64,000 bases of DNA from Trichoplax sp. H2 (taxonomy: Eukaryota). The translations under genes were made by a program, and so were the position numbers. Each line of letters starts with the position of its first letter. Positions within the stretch are counted from its first letter, which is position 1. The notes beneath the pieces were generated by a model. The model was not told the DNA's origin, searched no databases, and worked only from the letters and a program-made list of their open reading frames with translations. Of this stretch, positions 30,942 through 43,800 are shown piece by piece. Location of the stretch: NCBI GenBank assembly GCA_003344405.1, contig NOWV01000017.1, forward strand, positions 62,001 through 126,000, in the 5' to 3' direction.

Positions 30942-33083
30942 AGTTCGACTCCTTAGACTGCTTAGAGAATGCACAAAATCATGCTTAAACGTATGGATGA
31001 CTACAGTGTAATTTATTCATGAAAATGACGTGTTACTTTACTAATACATTTAGACAATACTGGATAGCAAATAAAATTTACTAATGATATTTCCGATATA
31101 TATATATATATTGGCAAGAGATTGATCGATTTAAATTAATTGTATTGTATCCTTTCGGGTTGTAAGGGTATAGTAAAAATTTCTTATGTTGAACAATTAA
31201 AATTTCGGAATATACGCGTATATGTATATACCTATAGATCTATATTTTGGATGTTACACGTTAAATTTCCCATGATCGCCTTATCTTGTACAATCAAGGA
31301 GCAAATATCTATATTGATACTAACTGGATAAATTTAAATTTTAATATTACAAGGAATAGTGGAATGTTGCGTAAACATTCTTTTCATTTCATTGGTAACA
31401 ATAATAATCTGATGACAAAAAATTCAGCTGCATATGTATATTAGTAACTGCAACTTCTGCAATAGTATATATGTGTTCGTTGATCATAACATAGTTGCTG
31501 TACTGCATTCTCTTTAATTTTTCCTATATATATATATATTTATTTAAAATTTTTTGTACCAAGCGGTCACAACATATATAATTCATCAAAAACAATAAGT
31601 CTAAATCTGGTATCTTTCTACATGCTGAATCGTTTATAAAATATTCTAAATATAAACTCTAAGTGAAAATATAGCAACGACTGGTAACACTCAATTACTG
31701 CCTAACGTACCCAGTGCAGCTACAACGTACAATTCTTTTATATAATGTATAATTCTCTCAGCGATATTGGTATATTAAAGAGACGGTAGAAAATCATTGG
31801 AAGTGGCATATTTAAATATGTGCTAGCTAACGATAAATACTTTATTAAACTATGCTACTAAGTATATCTCAAAATATGAGGTATCATTATTTAACTGATT
31901 ATTACTCTTGTATTTTATAATTAATCGGAATAACGGGAAAAAGGTAAAACTTATACGTTTATTGTTCTACAATTGAAATCATGACTAAAAATATTCTGCT
32001 TGGACAGAAAAATTCAAGAATTTAATGCTTAGCTTTATTACATACAATTACTATGCGATACTTCCTCATTTTGGAGCTTAATGTCGATTGCAACGTTAAT
32101 TTTATGCTAATTATAATTTATCGTTTAAATAACAATTATATAAGTTTTACTATGATATATCATTTAATCGAGACAATGGGGACCTGAGTGAAGTCAAGGC
32201 GAACTATAACTAAGTTTTTCCTACTTATATGCTAGAACCTTGTAAGCAAATTCTATTCGATATCGTAGGTACAATAGTGAATATTCTTAGGCTCCAAAAA
32301 ATTATAAGCTACTGCATTATGGACTAATATGGTACAGTATAATATATATTTTTAATTATATGAGCGAATTTTAAGTTAATTTGATCCAGTATCAAATTGC
32401 CTTGTTAGCGGAATTTAAAATACCGTCAAATTTCTCCGATTCTTTGCAATGGCTTATATTATATCCATAGTTGAGAATCTATATGTTAACAAGGTTTCCA
32501 TTTCGAGATCAGTACATCCAAACGTAATATCTTAAAACTTAATTTGACCCAGTATTAAATTAATCACTTGCCCGAGGTAATACAGATAATATTAATTTTC
32601 CCAAGTCTTAAGAGTAAAGTATGCGTGATGGCCTATGCTTACATTCACAGTTAATATAATTGGCAGCCCAAACGTCATAAAGATATATCAATAATTACCC
32701 TAATTTAATACTAGTATATCCGACTTTATAACGAATTAGTATATGATCAAGCAATAAGTAATTAATATTTAATCAAGCTATTAATTGTTTGAATAACCAA
32801 TCAACAGTGATTGATAATATGATATCATCATCAATTACTGACATCTAGCGGCAATATGGCATGGAGAAAATGTTAAAAATAAAATAGAGTAGCATATGGT
32901 TGAAATTAACTAGTCTCTGACCAGTTGAACTAATCTGAATGTATTTGTTGTAAATCTATGCAGTAATTCGACTCGACTCTTCAGTTTAATAGTCGCCGTA
33001 CTTTTAAGTACTTATCAGAAAAAAATTTATAAAATCAAGAGAATAACTGCAGTATTAGTGAAAAAGACGTAGAAAAAAGAAAT

Positions 33084-36000
33084 ATGGATATTACCGTGAC
33101 AGAACCTGAGAAAAGAGTGGTCAATACCGACATGCTAAAAGATACTTTTATGGTCTATCTAGTCCAAACAAAGTACAGTATATAATCTACATATGCAATA
33201 TAGCTCCATCATCTAACTAGAATTATTATGAACTCGTGGTTCTACGCGTTCTATTTGATATAGAAAGAAAATTTTACTTTAATTAGAAAGTTTCGTGATC
33301 GTTTACCGCTACTATCGAAATTTCAATTCCCTTACATCAGCTTAATCTATCAACCGAGAAATAATTTAATGACACTATCTCTGCATTGCCATTGCAGAAC
33401 AAATTGTAGTCAATTACTAATGTAGTAAACGAATTAGCACGTATCTAGCGTATAATTTTAGTATAATACTTTGATTAGATGCACGGGCCATGGAGGACCT
33501 GACGATTTCGAGAAAGGAACTCACTCTGTTTGGAGACGTTATAGTGAATTCGATCTGTTGCGAAATTATTTTAACGTAACTTACCCATACGTAAGTTTAT
33601 CATTTTTCCTACCTATTGATTGAATATAAATATATAGAAAATTGATAAATGCAATTTGTAAAGAGCAGACGAAACTATTACTCTAAATCTGCCTATAAGG
33701 ATTCTCTTATAATTGTACTGACTTCTACTCAAATATAATTTAGATTATTATCCCACCTATACCGGAGAAGAAGGTAGGGCAATCAAGATTTATCTTAATA
33801 AATGACTGACTACCATAAATTCAATTTAAATCGCCATTATACTAAAGTTGTATCATAACGTCGATAACTGTTTACGCGCGTCAAAGAAATACATATAATC
33901 TCTTTCTTGGCTTATTTTTATAACGTCTAAGTTACCATCGTTTCATATGAGCTGGAAAAATATCACTACAGACACATTCGATCAAGATTTTATTGAGAGA
34001 AGGAGAAGCGGTCTTGAGGTAGCGTTTACTGTGATTCGAAAATAGCAACTTACCCCACTTTGTTACGATTCAAAAATGATAATTATCAAATCATAACATC
34101 AAGATTTATCATTTTCATTTAATATCTAACCATGCTCCTCCTATACGAAGGCATTCCTTCATCGTGTAGCACAACATCCAACTCTATGTCAAGATAGAAT
34201 TTTTCACTCTTTCTTACAAAAGGTCAGCGTTATTTTCTACATCAAAATCATATTCTATCAATCTTCGATTATCGTTACTGTAGCTGAATGATTATTATTC
34301 CTTACTTGCATCATTACCTTATCAATGTATTACAGGAAGAAGGCTGGAAAGAAGTCATTCAATCAACTAACTTTCAATCAAAAGTAAGTGCGAAAGCTAC
34401 AATGATTTTATGGAAACATTCGATAACCTTTTATTTTAAAGCTATGTTATACTAAATTAAATAATAAGTTCACTTTCTCAACTACTTAACAAATCAATTT
34501 AATTTCATGCAGGCTGATAGTCGCATTCATAAGTTAAATTCCTACTTCAGAGTACAACGAGTTGACAAGTAAGGATTGAAATATTGTTGAGTTTAAGTAT
34601 TAACTACCTGTATAATTTCAAAGAATGGAAAGAAAAATTATTTGAATTTGTCTCTATAATCTCATAAATTGCATTGAACTATTGCGTTTTATTATATCAT
34701 TAATATCTTTTGAGTTGTTTAATATTGATTATATTCAATTAAACGAGTTAAACATAATCTAATACATCAAATATCTTGATATTAATTCATTGAAAAAGGA
34801 AACATTGTACTCAGCAGTTTATCTAGATTTTAATATATATTAGAAACTATATCATTTATTGTCTATCAAGTCTGGTAATATCTAACGTTAATCAGAATAG
34901 ATTAGAACCGATCAATTATATCATATAATGTACTGTAATATAAGATTGAAAGGAAGATTTTGTACTTGATGTTGGACTTTTCTATTACAGACGATTCGGT
35001 GATTTGAGGCATTATGCGGATAACCTTCATAATAATATTGCTGCAATCCTTCGAATTCGCCATGTAAATTGCGAATAATTATAATTAAAATATGAGAATC
35101 AATAGAGCTCTAGTTATGCTAGGATTTAATAAGTTTAATGTATATTGGTTTTAACAACGAGTATTAATGTATGGTATCTTATGAATTTATCATCGCTCAA
35201 AACTCTGTAGAGAATGGTCAATTCGGTATTTTTCATTTATAAAGGCCATCGTCATTATGGCTCTATGTTTAGGTAAAATATACAAATAGAGAACTCTATA
35301 AAAGTTTCAATTTTAGCCAAAATCGTTATCGCATAACTGATTACTACTTGCTCTTACCTTTCCAGTGATTGGGCTTCCATGGAACCAGAAATGGTCTCAT
35401 CTTTGCATACGGTGGCAAGAACGATGGCTAGGTTTCTTACTCTCGATATTTGATAAACTTGGACTTACTTTAGCTAAATTTATACTAATTTCATAATCAT
35501 ACGCAAATTCCTTCCTATCAATATTATTTTGTTATAGAGAACAGATGACTAACTAATCACTCTATCATATTTTATATTTCGTAGCTTTTCTGATTCAATT
35601 ACCGGCGTTTTGGAGGACGAGGAGCTAAACTTCCATGATTTACTTAAGGAATATATGTTATATGCGGATTCGATCAGGTCTTTTTGTCGATCATTATTGA
35701 CTTGATCTACAAGTAAGATCACGTTATGACATTGAACATTTTTCATGCTATAACGACCAGGAGTATCACCAAAAAACATGAAATTCTCCAGTTTGAAATC
35801 GAACGTAGTGAAGAAGCATTAGTAAACAAAAGGAAATTAAGGGATGAAAGTGGCCTATCTGTATGTTGATAACATTAATCAGTATTATATCTTTTTTGTC
35901 AACTGCATTGTAATTATAAGAGTTTAAATTTTAAATATGGCTATAATATTCATCGATGGATATCATACAAGGCTGATAATAAAATATTGACTAATTATCA

Positions 36001-37216
36001 ATCATAGCAGTCAAAATCTTCATCTTCAACATCAGATAATGTAAGCCAACCTGATGAAGATGCCGAGCAACAAGATGAGCATTCAAGTGAAGATAGCGAA
36101 GAGCAAAAGCAATCAACGGGCCCAGAAGATGAATCGTCCCAATCAGTTGCTGTAAGATTACTTAAAAAATTCACCAATAATTTTAATCGCTCATCGTAAT
36201 CTATATTTGCTCGCATAATTAAAATATTGACTTCATAGAGGCTAAAACTCAATAGCTTCATTAACACTTAGCTATGATTTAATTCTTTTACTGGTGTCTA
36301 ACCCTTTTCATTGTGATCACTACTTGCACTAAGAATTACTTTATTTAGCTACATTATATTTTTATGCAGCATTTTTAATATTAGACCCACAAATCATCAT
36401 ATCCCATGATGTATAATAATGCTTAAATTTGTTACCGACGAGAGCTATTCCTTGTGCAATGTACTGCATATTCTAATCTTTTTTGCTCTCATAAAGCAGT
36501 TCATCAATTCTACCAATTTACCCATCCTTCTATCAGTCACTCATTATATCATTATTACTATTAGAATGTACATGCAGAAATTTCGACAATATATTACATC
36601 TAAAAATTTTATATCTTTAATTAAAGCAAAAACCTCGGTCAGCCATGGTTAGTAATGTAGTTGGTGGAATTGGTAAAGTTAGCCGTGGTTTTGGCTCAGT
36701 TAGGCGTAAGGTTCAAAATAAAGTTTTCGGCGAAGACGCACCTGAGATTAAGGAAACTAAACTAAAGGCTATAGATGATAACATCAAAGAATTAGAAAAG
36801 ACGCTAGATGAACGTCGACTAGAAGCCAAGTAATAAATTAATTTGATTCACAACTTTTTGAACCTTCGTAATGTCTGGAATTTTTTTGGATTTATTGTCC
36901 AAAGTGTTTTATCCTTTCTACTTGGCATTAAATCTTAAGTTACTTTGTTGTTTTATAATAACTTCAATTATTAGAAATTTTGGCGAAAAAGCGAACGAAG
37001 ATTTAGAAAGGTTTTATTTGCAGAGAGATAACGATATACGAGAACTTTTAATGAATTATGTCAGCATGCAAATTGATGTTTGCAAGAAGGCAAGTTATAT
37101 GGACAGTTACTTAGTCTTTTGACTCTTGATGTGCGTTATTTAATTTCCATTCTTTCCCTCTAAAATAGGGTCTTATAACATGGCAAGTCATGAAAGAATC
37201 ATTTGGCTCTTTATAA
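33084..37216 (+). CDS. SNX4: Sorting nexin 4 (PX-BAR); multi-exon
   Basis: MDITVTEPEKR..YLVQTK, SVWRRYSEFDLLRNY..YPY|IIIPPIPEKK, DFIERRRSGLE|AFLHRVAQHPTLCQDRIFHSFL, ADSRIHKLNSYFRVQRVDK, LLKEYMLYADSI, VFGEDAPE, MQIDVCKK|GLITWQ..* all match SNX4. The true start may lie in an upstream exon. Confidence 0.9.
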
Positions 37217-37825
37217 ATCATATAAAGCTGTTAAAAATACGGAAGGAAATATAGTAAATGCAATTAGTTATCCTTATTATACTCGTATGATCGAAAAAAT
37301 CTGTCTAGCGATTGATTACAATAATGGTATTTGTTGTTTTTTTATCAAGTTAGCAATTTTATTGAAATTGATATTAATCTAGCTAAGCAGTAGCTCAGTT
37401 TGAATCTATATACAGATGAGTTCGATAGATGAATCTTCCATAAATCGTATATTTTGTGTAAAACATCATCGTAATCTAAACGCACGCAATATATCAAATG
37501 GTACACACTAAAAATGCTGCTTAAGGCTGAAGCTGTGAAGCCATTATAAATACTATAAATTGAAGGCAAATACGTTTGATGCCTACAAAATAATCAGAAT
37601 GGATGCCAACAGTATACAGATTCATTTAGAGACTTTCTAAGTATAAAACTACCAATTTAAACATTTGTTTATTATAGAACTTACTTTTATAATCCATTCA
37701 ATCTTACTAATTGTGACAAGAATAAAATTACTATTAGAAATTCGTCATCAGAAGCAGATTATTATTATACATTGTACATACGAATGCAATAACTCAAAAA
37801 TATACTGTTACTATTTAATTCCAGT

Positions 37826-40800
37826 TCAATCGTCATCATCACTATCTAATATTTGCCGTAATTTTTTCTTCCTTTTCATCATTATTCTCTCATTGTCGGA
37901 GTCGTTACTTGCATCTCGCTTAATTGTATTTACATCATCTTCCATCTCTTCCTCGTTGCTACTTGAATCATCGCTCATAAATGATTTCGGGAAATTTATT
38001 TCTTCAATGATTTCACGTTTCTCAATCGGGTTAATATTCTTTGAATTTATATTGTCTAATTCTTAATAACACAGTAACAAAGCAAAAAGTAATAATTACA
38101 AAGATGTGATTCACTTTCCTTCTATCCAAATGGTAGATTATAGCTACTTATGGAGTAAAAGACAATATTTTACAATTAGGGCTTAGAAAACCTTGTATTA
38201 TGGTAGACTTTAAAGACTCCAACTTCTTAGTTGAATAACTAGATGGAATATACCAAATAATATCCTAATAAAGATAACAACGCATTGGTTACTATCAGTT
38301 TGTTACAACATATATGGCAAGATACAATGGAATATAATCGGTATAATTACATCTTCATCGAATCTGCTTAAGAATCCAATAAAATATAACAATTCTTGGG
38401 TAACTGCGCTTTTAAATATTTCTTCGTTATTGGTAATAATTGATTCAAGATCAATTTCATCTTGATTTTCTATGATTCGATAATTGTTTTCATAATAATA
38501 TAATTATGCTGCAGAATCTAATAATTTGAAATACGAGTATATGTATGCATCCCGCACCTCCTTGTTTTCGTGTAGTAATTGCAAACTGAAGACACTGTAC
38601 CACAGCATCGATGACTTCTTTATTTACTAAATCACCCAAAAATTATTTCATATATCAGCTGATGTTATTTAATTTGGCAACAAATTCTAGCATTTCTCAA
38701 GTCGACGTATGTATGTTGCCTAACATAAAAATGTAGGACACCTTACCTGTTGTAATAACATCATTTATTAAATCATGCAACTCTTCTACGTCAACATCTG
38801 CATCTTTATCAGTTTGTTGGTCTTCAATTTCGTATTCTTCCAATGATTCATGGTTAAACTAAAAAAAAACACTATCAGTTTGCTCACAAAGCCTATCAGT
38901 ATCACATCGAGTGAATAGTAGGTATTGGTAAGCACGAACTTCTCGTCCAGGAACAGGTGCGCTTTTCTTTCGTTTTCGAAGTCGGTCACGATCAGTAACA
39001 GTACCTGACGTTAACAATTTCCTTCGTATCTGTTTAAATGAGGTTACATACGCATATAAGTAGATCAAATTTGGTATATACAGTATGCAGTTCGGTGTAA
39101 CAAGAACCAAAAGTCAGATGCTAATATTTTAAGCAAACATGTGACAGCTAACCTGAGCCCTGCCCTTGTCGCTAAATTCCACAAATTCGCTCAATATATT
39201 ACCGATAATATCTATAACGTGACAATAGCATTTACTACGTTAGTTTTACCTGCATTGGTTGAGAAACAATGCAGGTTTAATTGTATTAATCAGTAATTTT
39301 ACTAACCGTCAGAATCTTCGTGTTTTCGATACAATTCGATTAATTTACTTTCTTCCTCTTCGGACCAAAAGCCTTTTGTTTTACGTTCCTCCTTCTCTTT
39401 ACTACGATACACGAGAGTAACATACTGTATTACAAGATAATAAAAAAATCCATTTCAGTCATAACAAGTTACCTTAAACTTCCATAGCCTTCAGTAATTT
39501 CGTAACAATCGCCAGCACTTTTCCAAAACAAAGTCTCAACGTAAACGACGGGATTTGATTTTGTCGTTTCAAAAAACCGCGACAATATATAATTTACGAA
39601 GGTAACCAGCTCCTATCACGAGAATATAAACAAAATACACATTAAGTACTCTTTGGATAATTTTTCGAAATTTAAAAATTTTGATAATTATATTATTGAC
39701 CTTATATCTGTCCAATGGTGGTTCACTTAATATTTTATTGAATATTAAGAAAAGTCTTAATTGGTATAGCATTGCATGCATGCGGAAATCATGCGCAATG
39801 CGGTAGAACCATTTTACGATATAATGATTTACTGAATCATCATTTTTATCATAGGTTGATAATAAATCGACATAATGCCTTAGGACCTTCGAACTAGTGA
39901 ACCTACAAAGAATTAGATTAAAAAATAAATGGGTGAATTTTTAGTCGAGCTAAGTCTACTAGATATGTTAATAGCTGTACTTTTTCAAATAGTTCATTAG
40001 GTTAAAATTTTTTTCGACTCCGTTTTGTAAAACAAAGTCTTCCTCTAAAATAAGTGGTAAAATCATAAAAGTTACATTAGACAAAGCATTATAATCATTA
40101 GGTTTAGTACTGGTAACAACAGCAATACGAGTATACAACCTTCAGAGCTTGAAATATCTTTCGCCTTGTTTTCTATTGCATAGTCGAATGAAAACGTTTT
40201 ACAATTCAGTCAGTGTTGGTCTTTTAATAGACGATCGATTTCATAGTAATACTAATTTTGATTGAAAGTACAGTAATAGTATACCTTTTGCTATATAAAT
40301 ATTTTTTAAGCATAATAATTCTTCTTCGTTATTTGCATTATTTTGTCCAAAGTCTTCAACTTTATCGGGTAGTTTATTTCTGCAAATTCTCAAAGTAGCT
40401 ATAGCTTCACTATAGCGGCTTTCAACTAAACAGTTCCTGATTTCTTCCTTGGCAGCGCCACTAAATTAAAGAATGGCATGAGCACTCATGTAATAGCTTC
40501 CTAGTTTTTACAACAGCACTATACGGTACGTCCACAATCAAATTCAGTTATCCAGATAAAGCTTACGGTAATTCAGAAATAGGCACACCATCCAAGGCTG
40601 GAATGAATATTTCAAGATTCTCAAAAGTTGATAAGGTATGAGTGATCTCTTTCGATAGGTTTTCCCATTCAGCAGTCAACTGCTTAGAGGCTGTATTAAT
40701 AGAGAGGACAAAATATTAACACTATAATAGGTTGATGATAGGGAAAATTTTTCTACCGGAATCTTTCTTTGACTTCTTTTTCATTTTTCTTTTTTTCTCC

Positions 40801-43800
40801 TGAGAATATATGTGTGTTGTAATATGAGCAATATTATTAAAAATTTTATAAAATTTTTTAGCCGCTTCCGGGCAAATAAACAAGGTATAAAAAGCGAACA
40901 TAACGAAATTGCATTACAATTCAAATATACCTTAACCATTACTTGACCATTTTTAGAGCATTGTCTTTCAATCATCTTTAAATATATATGAGTGACCGTA
41001 ATAATTTCCGTCAGATATGATCTAGGATAAAATAATCAAGATAAGTATTTAAATAATGGTGCCACGGTCTTCACTTCACCAATAGAGAAGTAAGATATAC
41101 ACGTAGCAAACATACCTCGTTTGCCTTGTTGGATCATATTTTGTTAGCAGCATAAGTGGTATCTCTCGGAATTCAGGCATATATAATATATTGCCTAAAA
41201 ATTTGAAGAGACAGTATTATAGCACGTTTATAAAAAAATCAATCGCATTACTTTTTATTACTTTTTATAATTTTCGCATTCTCATTAAGACAATGATCTT
41301 CAATTTGTTCCATAGCTATAACGTTAAGAAGCAACTCCTTGTAAGCACTGACGACATAGTGCATCCTGTTAGGAAGAGACGTAAATATTCATTATGATAT
41401 ATACCAATATATATATATATATATTATTACACTTTAGCAACTGCTAAGTATGACATTCTTGTTATGCAATATGTAGTCTTACCGTCTAGCCCATGGAATA
41501 CTATCTTCCTTATTACTTATTAGCCCGTCATAGGCATTATAAATATTTTGGCAAGTAAAATGGAATATTGGCATTGATAACGTCTCACTAAGGTAAAAAA
41601 GGTAGATATAAGATTATCTTGGCCTATTTGCAACCTAAGGTGTTCTATATAACACAGAGTGTCAGATTGTCAACCTAATTAATGCCACTTGAAGTGATTT
41701 ATGGCGATTAAATTCCATGAAAAACCTAAAATGTAATGATATTACGTTTCGGGATAAAATACCTAGTTCAAACCTGATCAGAAATTGCTAAAAAAAATCC
41801 TATAATAAATCCTACTTCATCATCTTAAAGTAATATGTTTCGTCATTTTGCTGGGATTTGTTATGCATCAATTTATTCTATTAAATTTAGTAGAATATTA
41901 ATGAAGAGTAGATGTGATATTAGATCCTAAAGTTCTTCTAATTCGAAAACAGACACAGAAGAACAAAAAATCATTCTACTTACACGAACGTTATTCATCA
42001 AGGAATTATAGCAATAATCCAAAAATTGAACGCAAAATGTTTTAAGGCTCAACCTATACAAATCCAGAAAATTTTTTAAGAAATTTATAATAAAGTGTGT
42101 AAATGTTTACCAAAAGCCTAAGGCTGGTTATAATACCTTATTGCTAATGGTGATTCACGAACTCTCGCATGCTCCACGGCTGGAAGTTTCCTTTTAGGAA
42201 CTCGAGGAATGCTCTTATTGCAATCAAATGACATCTTTTTGGCATCTATATCACAAATATGTTACTATGCATATGACATTGTCCTAGACATGTAGTTTTA
42301 ATCTATTTTTCAAACTTTTAAGACTACTGTAAGAAATAGTATAGTAATGTACTGTACTTACTGGCTAACGGGCGATGATAAACTATATTATTTTCACTGA
42401 TCCCTTTCATATCTTTAACCCAGAAACTTCCACCAAATCGTGAATGTCTGCGAAAGAATAAGATAATTTTTGAATTTGAGAGATAGAGCTACGTCGTGAA
42501 TAATTCGCTTATCTTCACACCTTCCAGATATGTTATATTCACTCCTTCTTCTTTCCGCTTCTGCCACATCCTTGGCTACTTTTAGCTGTCTAAATTTCAG
42601 GCGTAAAATTTGATTAATCACAACATTACAGAAATTTACCCTGAAAGCTTTAAAGAACCTCGATCCAGCTTTCTTTTCTGTTTTAGTATCCTCTGTCCGC
42701 GCCAATAGCGCTCCTGACTGTTAAATAGATAATTGTTAAGTATATATTAGCAGATCCCCAAACAAAACTATTTACATGGCACCAATCTATAAATAATCGA
42801 TTAATTCTAAATAGCATTGAATATCAAATCTTTGCAATGTTGATAACTAATGGAAGGATTAATGGTAAGGTTGTCTTTCAAATACTAACAGACAGCATTG
42901 TTATATAGTAATAAATATCCGCAATACAATTATACCGTACCTTATCTCGCAACATCAGGGAGATCATTTCCAGAACATGTAAAGTCCACATAGTCTAAGG
43001 ACAGTGGTATTATTACCTAAAATTAGTATCTGATTATCGCTAACTGGGATTCGTTTATAATGCGTTTTAGGCTTACTTCGTGTGGAGAACTCGCTATGTA
43101 AATAAGTAAATCGTTCATTCCACTGGAATGCATTTGCCTAGGATGTGGACACGTAGCAAACAGTTAATTAAACTGTATATCATAGTAAAAATTTATACAA
43201 ACGTCTTAATACCATAATAACTGATCGTGAAGGCTGGCATCGCTGTTAGTGGCCTAATTTTACAATTCAAAAAGAATCGACCATCAAAATACGCACATTT
43301 TATGTACCACCTTTTGAATCTAACATAAGTAACGCTGGTAACGTAATCTCCCTTCAGGGACTATTCACATCATTATTACATTTTCTTGGTTATCATCTTG
43401 CGGAACATGTAAGAGATTTCTTATAAGCAACAGCAATCTTTCCATAAACAGCAAATCGTCATCGTCGCGGTCATCGACAGGCTGTAAAATTTGATCAATC
43501 GCTCATTATTAAAAATTTTAGAGATAACATATAATGAATGATGCCGTATATAGTCCATCTATGATCACAACACTAGGTTCAAATAAGACGCGACACTGCA
43601 CAAACTTTCTACGTAAGTAGTTAATAAATAAGCCAAAGCTATATATCTTACGATTTGCAAGGTTTTACCAAGTTGCTGGGTCAGGATAGCCCATAAATCG
43701 GAATCATTAAAAGCCTAATATTGAGTTAAGAAAATAATTCTTTTACACTTACAGCTACCAATTGTTATTCAAGTCAACATATACACTTTAAAGGTCAGTT

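Noticed and set aside
37665-38066. 133-aa plus-strand ORF
   Set aside because: Antisense shadow of the last acidic TIMELESS exon.
38352-38520. Apparent in-frame stop in a TIMELESS exon (pseudogene?)
   Set aside because: Resolved by using the downstream acceptor (atcatag|aaaatcaag) plus a small exon at about 38558-38626. The reading frame stays open.
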